From positions 13,029 to 77,028 of the forward strand of contig CACFLF010000001.1 of the NCBI GenBank assembly GCA_902567115.1: a stretch of DNA of 64,000 nt, read 5' to 3'. Below, piece after piece: positions 40,308 to 50,388 of this stretch. The translations under genes and the position numbers were made by a program. Numbering within the stretch: the first letter of the stretch is position 1; each line of letters begins with the position of its first letter. Origin of the DNA: an uncultured Alphaproteobacteria bacterium (lineage in GTDB: Bacteria; Pseudomonadota; Alphaproteobacteria; Methylaequorales; Methylaequoraceae). Under the pieces are notes generated by a model. The model saw only the letters and a program-made list of their open reading frames with translations, ran no database searches and was not told the DNA's origin.

Positions 40308-40753
40308 ATTTTATTATCCTTTATCGATTTGATATCTTTTATTTCAGGCGGCATATAATTTTCATCGTGTTTTGCCAAAACTGTTTTCGCTTCAAACTTA
40401 CCAACATTTTTCAAGAAGCCCTCTACAACAACACCTTGTCCTTCCTTAAACAAATCAGGAAGTATTCCAATATACGAAATAACTAATTCATTTTCAAAGT
40501 CTGTGATGACAAAAGATATTTCTTCAAGTTGTCTTCCTTCAATTGTTTTAATTTTTTTAGCTAAACTTTCATTTTTCACCATGCCACCTACTCTTATCAT
40601 TTGTGTTGTTTCTATTTGTTTTTCAAAAACTTCGGTTGGTGAGTAAAAAAAAATTAAGTTTTCTCTCAAATTGAAAAGCAAAATCACACTTCCAAAAGCA
40701 AAGAACGTCATAAAAATTAAAATGGTAATAAGTCTTTTATTTTTTTTCTTCAT
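40304..40753 (-). CDS. ccmE: Heme chaperone CcmE
   Basis: N-terminal TM, OB-fold, C-terminal ...HDENYMPPE (heme-binding His region); 149 aa. Confidence 0.85.
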   Translation of the reverse strand: MKKKNKRLITILIFMTFFAFGSVILLFNLRENLIFFYSPTEVFEKQIETTQMIRVGGMVKNESLAKKIKTIEGRQLEEISFVITDFENELVISYIGILPDLFKEGQGVVVEGFLKNVGKFEAKTVLAKHDENYMPPEIKDIKSIKDNKI

Positions 40754-40907
40754 TTTTAATCAAATTAACAAATTCTTTCTCTAGTTTTTTTGTTTTTGTA
40801 TTGCTTAAAATGAATATCAGGAAAATAATAAAAAAAACAATCAAATATGATGAAAGTACATATGAAAAATGATCACCTGAATTTATAAAATTTAGAAAAT
40901 AATTCAT
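40737..40907 (-). CDS. ccmD: Heme exporter protein CcmD (56 aa); not in ORF track
   Basis: My own translation: MNYFLNFINSGDHFSYVLSSYLIVFFIIFLIFILSNTKTKKLEKEFVNLIKNEEKK*. Single TM. Its start overlaps the ccmC stop (TAATG) and its end overlaps the ccmE start, at the canonical position between ccmC and ccmE. Confidence 0.6.
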   Translation of the reverse strand: MNYFLNFINSGDHFSYVLSSYLIVFFIIFLIFILSNTKTKKLEKEFVNLIKNEEKK

Positions 40908-41626
40908 TACACCATCCTATTAAATCTTATAACTTCAATTTTTCGTTGTATTATTTCACCTCTGACTCTTACCAATAAAATTGAGATAAAGAAAAAGAAA
41001 AAGGAAAAAGTCATTATAAATAACGGTAATAACATTGATGGATCTATTGAGGGAGAAGAAAACTTGGAGATGCTAGCTGGTTGATGAAGAGTGCTCCACC
41101 AATCTACAGACCATTTAATAATTGGGAGATTTATAATACCTATTATTGCTAAGATTGACGAATATCTGTCAGCCTTGGATTTATCTTCGTAAGCATTATT
41201 TATAATTATAAGTCCTAAATATATAACAAGTAAAACTAATTCAGACGTAAGTCTTGCATCCCAAACCCACCATGTCCCCCAAGTTGGTTTCCCCCAAATT
41301 GAACCTGACAAAAGTGTAGCCAGAGTGAAGCAAGCTCCTATGGGTGCACATGATCTTGAAATTAAGTCTGCAAGTGTATGTTTAAATACAATCGAAAAAA
41401 TGCTGCATATAGCTATAATTGAATATATCATTAATGAAAACCAAGCACATGGAACATGTATATACATAATTCTAACAGTCTCTCCTTGAAGATAATCTGG
41501 AGGACTCCCAAAAAAACAAAAAAATAAGCCTACCAAAAGCAAAATAATTGCAATGTTCAATGTTATTGGTTCAATTTTTTCGGTTAATCTTTGAAACCTC
41601 AAAGGGTTCGCTAAATTGAAAATCAC
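40907..41626 (-). CDS. ccmC: Heme exporter protein CcmC
   Basis: WGTWWVWDARLTSE (WWD motif); 239 aa, 6 TM. Confidence 0.85.
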   Translation of the reverse strand: MIFNLANPLRFQRLTEKIEPITLNIAIILLLVGLFFCFFGSPPDYLQGETVRIMYIHVPCAWFSLMIYSIIAICSIFSIVFKHTLADLISRSCAPIGACFTLATLLSGSIWGKPTWGTWWVWDARLTSELVLLVIYLGLIIINNAYEDKSKADRYSSILAIIGIINLPIIKWSVDWWSTLHQPASISKFSSPSIDPSMLLPLFIMTFSFFFFFISILLVRVRGEIIQRKIEVIRFNRMV

Positions 41627-42303
41627 TTATTTATCTCCTTCATAATTAATCTTCCAGCCATTAGACATACTGGTAATGTAATAAAAAAAATCCCAATTAA
41701 AATTAAAAATTGATTTTCATTTAAATTATAGCTCTCAAATAAAGTTCCAGTAGAGGTTGTGAATATAATCATAGGTACGAAAAATGGTAAAATAATTACA
41801 AATTGAATAATCTTATTCCTTTTAAGTTGAACTGAAAACAACGAGGATAGTATTGAAATTAAAGTCAAACTAGGTGTTGCAAGAAATAAGTTTATTACGA
41901 GATTTATTAATTCATATAATGTGATTTGAAAAAATACAAAGACTAATGGCACTAAAAAAAGCATTGGAATCATGATCATAACCCACATTGCTATACTTTT
42001 AGAAACCATAATGCTCTCTTCACTAAAACCCAGAAATTGAAGTTCTTTTAAACTTCCGTCGTTAAAATCCTCATTCAGAAAGTTTTCTGAGACAAGCATG
42101 ATTGAAAAAATCAAAACAATCCAAACGATAGATTTGTAAAAAATTTTTACATAAGAAATATCATTTACTGAAAAGACAAATATTAAAGATGCTATTACAA
42201 AAAAAGTTGAAAAAGAGTAAATAATAGAAAAATTTTTTAGCATAATTCTGATTTCTCTTTTTACTAACTTAAAAAAATCAAGTTTCACTTTATATTTTCC
42301 CAT
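41623..42303 (-). CDS. ccmB: Heme exporter permease CcmB
   Basis: 6-TM ABC permease at the canonical position between ccmA and ccmC; 226 aa. Confidence 0.7.
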   Translation of the reverse strand: MGKYKVKLDFFKLVKREIRIMLKNFSIIYSFSTFFVIASLIFVFSVNDISYVKIFYKSIVWIVLIFSIMLVSENFLNEDFNDGSLKELQFLGFSEESIMVSKSIAMWVMIMIPMLFLVPLVFVFFQITLYELINLVINLFLATPSLTLISILSSLFSVQLKRNKIIQFVIILPFFVPMIIFTTSTGTLFESYNLNENQFLILIGIFFITLPVCLMAGRLIMKEINK

Positions 42304-42956
42304 GTATCAAAACTGGCTATTTTGTTGCTAATCTTTAATTTCGGACTTTTTATAAATATTCTCTTTGATCCTTCGATATTCAAATTTATGTGACTCGCTA
42401 GTAAAACTGATCCTCCATTTTCTTTGTGATTACAAATCATTTTTTTTGTTTTATTAATAGAATCTATATCTAGGCCATTAAAAGGTTCATCTAAGATCCA
42501 TAAGTTGCATTTGGAAAGAAGAAGCTTGGTTAATGATACTTTTTTTCTTTGTCCCTGAGACAAATTCCCAATCAAATTATTTTTTAAATTGTTTAATTTA
42601 AAAAACTTTAAAGTATTTAAAAGCTTTTCCTTTCGGATTTTAATATCGACAAGCTCCAGCCAATTAAACAAGTTTTCTTCTACAGTAAGATACTCTTTCA
42701 GCGAATCTTTGTGAGGGAGGTATGTAAACAAATCTTTTTTTTTTTGGTCTATTTCATTTATCGGAATTTCATTAATTTTGATAACACCTTTTTCAGGCTT
42801 AAGTATTCCTACAGATAGATCAAAAAGGCTACTTTTCCCAACCCCATTTTCTCCGATCAAAATGATTATTTGTGATTTTGCTAATTTTAAATTAAAGTTA
42901 TAGAAGATTAATCTTTTATTTCTACGAAAATAAACCGATATAATTTCTAAAACCAT
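42285..42956 (-). CDS. ccmA: Heme exporter ATP-binding protein CcmA
   Basis: Walker A GENGVGKSS, ABC signature LSQGQRKK, Walker B ILDEP; 223 aa. Confidence 0.8.
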   Translation of the reverse strand: MVLEIISVYFRRNKRLIFYNFNLKLAKSQIIILIGENGVGKSSLFDLSVGILKPEKGVIKINEIPINEIDQKKKDLFTYLPHKDSLKEYLTVEENLFNWLELVDIKIRKEKLLNTLKFFKLNNLKNNLIGNLSQGQRKKVSLTKLLLSKCNLWILDEPFNGLDIDSINKTKKMICNHKENGGSVLLASHINLNIEGSKRIFIKSPKLKISNKIASFDTWENIK

Positions 42957-42991
42957 GACAATAAACCTTAATTAAAAAACTTAGAAGATTT

Positions 42992-45595
42992 ATGAAAATA
43001 ACAACAACAAATTTTACAGACAACCTAAAAGTTGAAAAAAATTCTTATAATTTTGTAAGTTTAAAAAAGGCTGAAAAAAAACTCAATTTTATTTTAGAAA
43101 AGTTACCCTTTTCTTACAAAATTCTTTTGGAAAATTTGATTAGAAACATTGATAACACAGGGGTTAAAAGATCAGATCTAGAAAACCTTTTTAATAGGAA
43201 AGTAGGTAAGGAAATTTTATTTTCTCCTACCAGGGTACTAATGCAGGATTATACTGGTGTTCCAGCAATTGCCGATTTAGCTGCGATGAGGGATAAAGTG
43301 AAAAGTTTGGGAAAAGATCCTGATAAAATAAATCCAGTCATACCTGTTAGTCTAGTCATAGATCATTCAATAAATGTAGATAGTTATTCAAGAAAAGATT
43401 CTTTAAATTTTAATGTTAGAAAAGAATACGAGAGGAATACTGAAAGATATAAATTACTAAAATGGGCTCAAGGCTCTTTGAAAAACTTTTTGTTGTTTCC
43501 ACCTGGATCAGGTATTTGTCATCAAATTAATATAGAGTTTCTAGCTCAGATTGTTCAAAAGAAAAGAAATTTTTTATTTTTGGACTCCGTTGTCGGAACC
43601 GATAGTCATACTACCATGGTCAATGCTTTATCAGTTTTAGGTTGGGGCGTAGGGGGGATTGAAGCAGAGGCTGTTATGTTGGGTCAACCAATTTCTATGC
43701 AACTTCCGAAAGTTGTAGGCGTTAGACTTGAAGGTAAATTAAAGGAGGGCTTAACTGCTACAGATTTAGTTTTAAATATTACTGAAAAATTAAGAAATCA
43801 TAATGTTGTTGGAAAGTTCGTTGAATTTTATGGTAAAGGTTTAAGTTCTTTGAGTTTGTCGGAAAGGTCTACGATTTCCAATATGGCTCCCGAATATGGA
43901 GCTACTTGCGGAATTTTTCCTGTTGATGAAGAGACTCTTAATTATTTGCATATTACAGGAAGAACATCGCAACAAATCAAAATTGTGGAGGAATATTCTA
44001 AAGCGCAAAAAATTTGGCATTATGGATCAGAAAAGATTGATTATGACGAAAACATAGAAATAAATATGAACTCCATCCAACCATGCATATCAGGACCAAA
44101 AAGACCACAAGACAAAATCAATTTATTAAATGTTCCAAAAAAATTTTCAGAACATCTAGAAAATGACAAAAAGAGCTACACCCAGGATTTAGATAAACTT
44201 ACTCATGGTAAAATTTGTATTGCAGCTATAACTAGTTGTACAAATACTTCAAATCCATCTGTCTTAGTTATGGCAGGCCTAATTGCTAAGAAAGCTGTTC
44301 AACTTGGACTCAAAACTCCTTGGTGGGTTAAAACTTCTTTTGCACCAGGAAGCAAAGTAGTAGATAAATACCTTTCGGAGTCAGATTTGATGAAATATTT
44401 AGATAAAATTGGATTTAACATTATTGGATATGGTTGTACTACCTGCATTGGAAATTCAGGACCATTAGATGAAAAAGTAAGAAAAGAAATTATTAAGAAC
44501 GATCTAAATGTATGCAGTATTATATCTGGTAACAGAAATTTTGAAGGAAGAATAAACCCTTATATAAAATCAAACTTTCTTGCATCTCCCCCACTTGTTG
44601 TAATTTATGCTCTTGCAGGAAGAATTGATATTGACATTAATAAAGATCCAATTTGTGTATCAAAAGGAAAGAAAATTTTTTTTAAGGACCTTTGGCCTTC
44701 AAAGGTTGAAGCTGACATGATTCTCAAAAAACATGTCAAAAGAAATTTTTATAGAAAGAATTATTCTAATATTTTTCAGGGAGACAAACAGTGGGAAAAA
44801 TTAAATGTTAAAAAATCTTCTACTTACGATTGGTCTTTGACTTCAACATACATAAAGAAACCACCATTTTTAGATTTTGATAAAAATGATCTTTTTAAGG
44901 ACATAAAAGCACGACCTTTATTGATTCTTGGAGATTCAATTACAACAGATCATATATCGCCAGCAGGAGTTATTAAAGAGGATAGTTCGGCTGGGAAATA
45001 TTTGAGAGATAGACAAATAAAGGTTGATGATTTTAATTCTTATGGTGCCAGAAGGGGAAATCACGAGGTTATGACCAGAGGAACCTTTGCTAATATTAGA
45101 ATAAAAAATAAAATGGTTTCTAGATTTGGAGGTTACACAAAGTATTATAAAAGCGATAAAGAAAATGAAATATATGAAGTAGCAAAAAAATATAAGGAAG
45201 AAGATATCCCTTTAGTCGTTTTAGCTGGTAAAGAATATGGCACAGGCTCATCTCGAGATTGGGCAGCCAAAGGAACAAAGTTACTTGGTGTAAAAGTTGT
45301 GATCGCAGAGAGTTTTGAAAGAATTCACAGATCAAACCTAGTTGGTATGGGAGTTTTACCACTACAAATTAATAGTAATCATCTAAAAAAAAATCAATTT
45401 CACGGTAAGGAAATTTTTAACATTGGAAAACTCAGAGACTATCTCCAAAAACCTAATATAGAAAAAAAATTAGAGGTGAAAAAGCATAATGGGGAAAAAT
45501 TCTATTTGGATGTTATTTCGAGAATTGATACAGAAAAGGAAATCAGATATTTTGAAAGTAACGGAATTCTTCCATATGTGTTAAACAATATTTAA
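42992..45595 (+). CDS. acnA: Aconitate hydratase A
   Basis: 867 aa; aconitase family throughout (three Fe-S ligand Cys regions, e.g. ITSCTNTSN and GCTTCIGNSG). Confidence 0.92.
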   Translation: MKITTTNFTDNLKVEKNSYNFVSLKKAEKKLNFILEKLPFSYKILLENLIRNIDNTGVKRSDLENLFNRKVGKEILFSPTRVLMQDYTGVPAIADLAAMRDKVKSLGKDPDKINPVIPVSLVIDHSINVDSYSRKDSLNFNVRKEYERNTERYKLLKWAQGSLKNFLLFPPGSGICHQINIEFLAQIVQKKRNFLFLDSVVGTDSHTTMVNALSVLGWGVGGIEAEAVMLGQPISMQLPKVVGVRLEGKLKEGLTATDLVLNITEKLRNHNVVGKFVEFYGKGLSSLSLSERSTISNMAPEYGATCGIFPVDEETLNYLHITGRTSQQIKIVEEYSKAQKIWHYGSEKIDYDENIEINMNSIQPCISGPKRPQDKINLLNVPKKFSEHLENDKKSYTQDLDKLTHGKICIAAITSCTNTSNPSVLVMAGLIAKKAVQLGLKTPWWVKTSFAPGSKVVDKYLSESDLMKYLDKIGFNIIGYGCTTCIGNSGPLDEKVRKEIIKNDLNVCSIISGNRNFEGRINPYIKSNFLASPPLVVIYALAGRIDIDINKDPICVSKGKKIFFKDLWPSKVEADMILKKHVKRNFYRKNYSNIFQGDKQWEKLNVKKSSTYDWSLTSTYIKKPPFLDFDKNDLFKDIKARPLLILGDSITTDHISPAGVIKEDSSAGKYLRDRQIKVDDFNSYGARRGNHEVMTRGTFANIRIKNKMVSRFGGYTKYYKSDKENEIYEVAKKYKEEDIPLVVLAGKEYGTGSSRDWAAKGTKLLGVKVVIAESFERIHRSNLVGMGVLPLQINSNHLKKNQFHGKEIFNIGKLRDYLQKPNIEKKLEVKKHNGEKFYLDVISRIDTEKEIRYFESNGILPYVLNNI

Positions 45596-45614
45596 ACTTA
45601 GATTAAAGCTAAAG

Positions 45615-47948
45615 ATGAAAAAAAAAATTTCAGCTTTTTTAGGTCCAACTAATACTGGTAAAACCTATGCTGCAATTCAAAGTTTGCTTAAATATAAAAC
45701 TGGTGTAATAGGATTTCCATTAAGACTTTTGGCAAGAGAAAATTTTGAGCTTGCAAAGAAATTTTTACCAGAAAGTAAGATAGCATTAATAACCGGTGAA
45801 GAAAAAATAATTCCAAAAAATGCAAAGTACTTTTTTTGTACGGTAGAATCAATTCCAGAAAACTTACAATTTGATTTCGTTGCTATAGACGAAGTGCAAT
45901 TGGCTTCAGATTATGAGAGAGGATATATTTTCACCAAACGAATCTTAAATAACAGAGGTCTCAAGGAAACATTGTTTTTAGGCTCTAGAAGTATAGAAAA
46001 AATTTTATTAGAAATATATCCAGATATTCAAATTAATAAAAAACCACGTATGTCGAAACTATGTTACATCGGCTACAAAAATCTCACTAGACTTCCAAAA
46101 AGATCAGCAGTGATTGCGTTTTCTCAAATTGATGTATATGAAATAGCAAATAAGATCAAACAATCACACGGTGGAGTTTCAGTCGTCTTGGGTGCATTGT
46201 CACCAGATGTAAGAAATGCACAAGTAAAATTATTCGAGGATGGTAAAGTTGACTATATTGTAGCAACTGACGCTATTGGGATGGGCTTAAACCTAAACAT
46301 AAAAAACATTTTTTTTTCCGGCATTAAAAAATTTGATGGGTTAAATGGTAGATATTTAACAAATGATGAAATTGCACAAATCGCTGGCAGAGCAGGAAGA
46401 CATTTTAATGACGGATACTTTGGGACAACATGTGATTTAAAGAGTCTAAGAAATGATGTTATAAATTTTGTAGAAAATTATGAATTTACTGAAATTAAAA
46501 AAATTTATTGGAGAAATAATAAATTAAATTTTAGTTCGCCATCAAATTTATTAAAATCATTATCAGTTAGACCAAAAAAAAAATATTTAAGACTTAAAAA
46601 TGATGGGAATGATCATAGATATGTAAAAATATTTCTTGAAGAGAATGAGTTCAAAAAAAAAATAACAAACCCAATCCATTTAAAACAACTATGGGAAATA
46701 TGCAGTGTACCTGATTACTCTAAAAATTTAGATGAATATCATACAAGATTTTTAAAGAAAATATTTTTTTACCTTGTTGGTCAAAACAAATGTATTCCTG
46801 ATGAATGGGTAAAACAAAACTTGAACGAAATTAATCGTTTTACAAAAAAAATACCCGAGCTAAATTATAAGTTGTCGCAACTTAGAACTTGGTCGTTTAT
46901 CTCTTTTAAAAAAGAATGGATAATAGATGGTAAAAAGTTTCAAAACAAGGTAAAAAAACTTGAACTTCAGTTTGCATTAAAATTACATAAAGAGCTAATG
47001 ACAGAGTTTATTGGGGAGTATAAAAACTTTGAATTGGAAAATTCAACTAATCTTATACAAACAAACCATATTGTCAGATTTGAGAAAAAAAAAATTTATT
47101 TTGGAAAAGAAATCATTGGCCGCAGAAACGGCTTAAAATTCGATATAAATCAAAATTTTAAAAAAAGTAAAAGTATTTTTAATAATAAAATACTAAAGAA
47201 AAGTTTAATAGAATTTTCATTAAAAATTAAAAACGAATTTTTAAGTTCTAGCTTTCTCTCTTTTGAATTTAAAATTGATGGGACTATTCTTTGGAAAAAA
47301 GATGTAATAGGTTGTTTTTTGAAAGATAAATCTTTGACAAAGCCAAGACTTGAAGTTTTTCATGATAAATTTTTTCTTAATTTTGAAAAAGTTATTAAGT
47401 TGAAGATTTTGAATTTTTTAAATTTTGTAATTAGAAAGGAGCTTCCGTTTATAAATCAACTTCAAGAGATAAAAAAAAACAGTGCCTGCAGAGCAATTAA
47501 CTTTAGCGTTCTAGAAAATTTGGGACATTGTGAGAGAAAAAATATTGACAATTTTTTAAAACAACTAACCTCAGAAGAATTAAAAGAATATAGGAAGTTT
47601 GGTTTCAGAGTTGGAATAAATTTTTTTTATTTTAACAGTAATAAACTTAGTCATTTAAAACAAATGCTTATAAATATTTTTTTTAAATATGAAATGAAAA
47701 AATTTATAGATGAGCCTATTTTTTGTATAAATTTAAAAAATAGTATGAATAGCACTCTTAACTTTTACAAAAAATTAGGGTTTTACAAAATTCAAATTAA
47801 TAAAAAACATTTTTTAGTTGATCATCAATATTTTGAATCTCTATCAAGAAAAGTTTATTTTTTCAAAAAACAAAAATTTTCATTTTTACCAAACAATAAG
47901 TTTGAAAAAATTTTTTTTAAAAATCCTAAGAAAATTTATGATTTTTAA
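45615..47948 (+). CDS. Suv3-like (SUPV3L1-type) SF2 ATP-dependent RNA helicase
   Basis: Motif I FLGPTNTGKTYAAIQ (human SUV3: GPTNSGKTYHAIQ), motif II AIDEVQ, motif VI QIAGRAGR. 777 aa with a ~380-aa C-terminal region of no recognisable domain. Confidence 0.7.
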   Translation: MKKKISAFLGPTNTGKTYAAIQSLLKYKTGVIGFPLRLLARENFELAKKFLPESKIALITGEEKIIPKNAKYFFCTVESIPENLQFDFVAIDEVQLASDYERGYIFTKRILNNRGLKETLFLGSRSIEKILLEIYPDIQINKKPRMSKLCYIGYKNLTRLPKRSAVIAFSQIDVYEIANKIKQSHGGVSVVLGALSPDVRNAQVKLFEDGKVDYIVATDAIGMGLNLNIKNIFFSGIKKFDGLNGRYLTNDEIAQIAGRAGRHFNDGYFGTTCDLKSLRNDVINFVENYEFTEIKKIYWRNNKLNFSSPSNLLKSLSVRPKKKYLRLKNDGNDHRYVKIFLEENEFKKKITNPIHLKQLWEICSVPDYSKNLDEYHTRFLKKIFFYLVGQNKCIPDEWVKQNLNEINRFTKKIPELNYKLSQLRTWSFISFKKEWIIDGKKFQNKVKKLELQFALKLHKELMTEFIGEYKNFELENSTNLIQTNHIVRFEKKKIYFGKEIIGRRNGLKFDINQNFKKSKSIFNNKILKKSLIEFSLKIKNEFLSSSFLSFEFKIDGTILWKKDVIGCFLKDKSLTKPRLEVFHDKFFLNFEKVIKLKILNFLNFVIRKELPFINQLQEIKKNSACRAINFSVLENLGHCERKNIDNFLKQLTSEELKEYRKFGFRVGINFFYFNSNKLSHLKQMLINIFFKYEMKKFIDEPIFCINLKNSMNSTLNFYKKLGFYKIQINKKHFLVDHQYFESLSRKVYFFKKQKFSFLPNNKFEKIFFKNPKKIYDF

Positions 47949-47965
47949 AATGTCTTGTTATTAGC

Positions 47966-47994
47966 TTGAATTAGTATTTTTTCTGTTCTATATA
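47966..47994 (+). promoter_or_regulatory. Sigma-70-like promoter candidate for fdxA (TTGAAT-17 nt-TATATA), placing the TSS at or within 1-2 nt of the ATG (leaderless mRNA candidate)
   Basis: Read directly: agcTTGAATtagtattttttctgttcTATATAataaatcATG. No Shine-Dalgarno precedes the fdxA ATG at 48002. Confidence 0.3.
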
Positions 47995-48001
47995 ATAAAT
48001 C

Positions 48002-48340
48002 ATGCCGTATGTAGTAAAAGACGCTTGCGTAAAATGTAAATATATGGATTGTGTTGAAGTTTGTCCTGTGGACTGCTTTTACGAAGGTGAAAACTTTCTT
48101 GTTATTCATCCAGATGAATGCATTGACTGTGGCGTGTGCGAACCTGAATGTCCAGTAGAGGCAATAAGTGATGACACATGCGATGATGCACAAAAATGGC
48201 TTGATATAAATAGAGAATACGCTGAAAAATGGCCAAATATTAATAAAATGGGAATTCCTCCTGCCGATAGTGACAAATGGAAAGACGTTAAAGGAAAGTT
48301 TGAAAAACATTTTAGTCCTAACCCAGGTAAAGGTTCATAA
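48002..48340 (+). CDS. fdxA: 7Fe ferredoxin (FdxA type)
   Basis: [18 protein letters not shown]...[12 protein letters not shown]: [3Fe-4S][4Fe-4S] 7Fe ferredoxin Cys pattern; 112 aa. Confidence 0.85.
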   Translation: MPYVVKDACVKCKYMDCVEVCPVDCFYEGENFLVIHPDECIDCGVCEPECPVEAISDDTCDDAQKWLDINREYAEKWPNINKMGIPPADSDKWKDVKGKFEKHFSPNPGKGS

Positions 48341-48404
48341 CATTTATCTTTAGTTTTTGTTTTATTTATTATATAATCCACCCTTAATTTAAACGGAGAC
48401 TTAA

Positions 48405-48905
48405 TTGAAAAAAAAAGTTTTAGAATTAGATATCGGTGATCTCGTAGTTTATCCAACTTATGGTGTAGGTGAGATAGAAAACTTTGATTCTTATGATATA
48501 GACGGATCAAAGCAAGATTTTATCTTAATAAACTTTAAACAAGACAAAATGAAGTTAAGGATTCCTAAAGAAAAAGCGTCCAGTTCTGGATTAAGAAAAT
48601 TAAGTAATAAAAATAGACTTTCAAGAGCATTAGATGTCTTAGCTGAAAAACCATCTATAAAAAAAGACATGTGGATCAAAAGAGCAAAAGAATATGAGAA
48701 AAACATTAATAGTGGAGATCCAGTACTTATTGCTGAAGTTGTTAGAGATCTTCATAAAAAAGAAGATTCTTTGGAACAACAATCATATTCCGAAAGACAA
48801 ATTTACCTAACAGCTTTAAATAGATTGAGCAATGAATATGCCGCTGTTCAAAATCTTGAAAAAAAAATGGCAAAAAACAAACTTGAAGAGTTACTAAATC
48901 AATAA
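48405..48905 (+). CDS. carD: CarD/CdnL-family RNA-polymerase-binding transcription factor (TTG start with GGAGA RBS)
   Basis: N-terminal DIGDLVVYPTYGVGEI (RNAP-interacting Tudor-like domain); fdxA-carD adjacency is conserved in alphaproteobacteria. Confidence 0.8.
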   Translation: MKKKVLELDIGDLVVYPTYGVGEIENFDSYDIDGSKQDFILINFKQDKMKLRIPKEKASSSGLRKLSNKNRLSRALDVLAEKPSIKKDMWIKRAKEYEKNINSGDPVLIAEVVRDLHKKEDSLEQQSYSERQIYLTALNRLSNEYAAVQNLEKKMAKNKLEELLNQ

Positions 48906-50350
48906 ATAGTCTTAATTTTTTGATTTGGCTTAAATTTACCATCTTTTAAATCATTAAGATTTGAGAAAATCTCTTGAGAATGCATGCTTTGAAGATTCAT
49001 TTTATTTATTACATTTCCTATTAATTCTGGGCGAGAGGGAGCTGTTATCACTTTGATAGTTGGTGGTTTAAGTGATTTTATTTGAATTTCTGATAATTTT
49101 GAAAAACTAAAAACCATTTTCTTAAATTTTTCATTGTAATTTTTTAATTCCTCCTTTGTGCTAATTAATAGAAACCGATAAATTAGTTCCTGACTCTCTT
49201 GAAGAGTTGCAAAAATAAAAGTTTTTTTATTTTTCTCAAACTTTCCTATGTTTATATTAAAATTATTATGAGATTTTGATTCAAAATCTAAAATCTGTTT
49301 CTCATCAATTTTTAACCATTTACTTACATAATCAATGTTATTCTTTCCTGAATCTTGGTGAAGATCAAAAATTATTTTTGTTTTTTTTTTAGTGATTCCA
49401 ATTAACGAATTAGGATTATTGACAAAATAGAAATCCTTATCAAATGAAAATTTAAATCCCAATGGTTTATGTACAAAACTATCCCGATAGAAAAATCCCT
49501 GCTCTGGTCTGTCTCCATAAATGATACCATCAATTTTTTTTAAAAAAATTTCTTTCCCTACTATTGGATTTAATTGAGTTTGTCCTTTGTAATTTTCAAT
49601 TACCTCTTGAACCCTCTTTGATGAATTAGGATGAGTTTTTAAGAGCTCAGAAACCTTATTCTTAATTTTAAGTATTTCTCTTTGAACCTCAGCATACTCC
49701 TCCATTATTCTCAAAAAGTTCGCCATTTCCTTTGCATCAAATCCCGCTCTTATCATATATCTTACAGCCAACTTATCAGCTTGATATTCTTGTGACCTTG
49801 AGTACGACAAAAGATATAATTGAGCTGACTGACCTAAAAGATTGTTAACAAAATTATTCTGTGAAAAAACATTCAAAATTTGTAATAGGACTCCGGTTCC
49901 GACACTTTTCGTATATCTTCTTGCTGAATGTCGGGCAGTTATGTGTCCAATTTCATGTGCAATAACTCCAGCTAGTTGAGCTTCATTTTGACAAAGATAT
50001 ATTAACCCTCTTGTCAAATAAACGAACCCACCAGGGAGTGCAAATGCATTTATCATAGGGGTATTTAAAATTGTAAATGTAAACTTTTTATCAGAAAGTT
50101 CTGATGTGCTGACTAAAAAATTTCCTAAGCTTTCAACATAATTTTTTAATTTTGAATTCTGATACTCTCCGCCAAATTGTTTGATAATTTTCTGATGTTC
50201 ACTTCTTCCAATTGCATCTTCTTCACTTTCTGATAACAAATTAAACTCGCTATCTCCAGTTGCAGGATTTTTTTGACACCCTTGACCGAAGTTAATTAAA
50301 ATAAAAATTGAAATTATTAAAAAGGAATATTTAATTTTATTTTTCATCAT
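48899..50350 (-). CDS. M48-family zinc metallopeptidase, probable lipoprotein
   Basis: HEXXH motif VIAHEIGHITARH; N-terminal signal with Cys (NFGQGCQ); 483 aa. Confidence 0.75.
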   Translation of the reverse strand: MMKNKIKYSFLIISIFILINFGQGCQKNPATGDSEFNLLSESEEDAIGRSEHQKIIKQFGGEYQNSKLKNYVESLGNFLVSTSELSDKKFTFTILNTPMINAFALPGGFVYLTRGLIYLCQNEAQLAGVIAHEIGHITARHSARRYTKSVGTGVLLQILNVFSQNNFVNNLLGQSAQLYLLSYSRSQEYQADKLAVRYMIRAGFDAKEMANFLRIMEEYAEVQREILKIKNKVSELLKTHPNSSKRVQEVIENYKGQTQLNPIVGKEIFLKKIDGIIYGDRPEQGFFYRDSFVHKPLGFKFSFDKDFYFVNNPNSLIGITKKKTKIIFDLHQDSGKNNIDYVSKWLKIDEKQILDFESKSHNNFNINIGKFEKNKKTFIFATLQESQELIYRFLLISTKEELKNYNEKFKKMVFSFSKLSEIQIKSLKPPTIKVITAPSRPELIGNVINKMNLQSMHSQEIFSNLNDLKDGKFKPNQKIKTIY

Positions 50351-50388
50351 TAAATGATAGTTTGTTTGAGTGTTATTGTAAAAAATTA

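Noticed and set aside
47945-48310. 121-aa minus-strand ORF
   Set aside because: It is fully antisense to the well-supported 7Fe ferredoxin gene and has no recognisable features.
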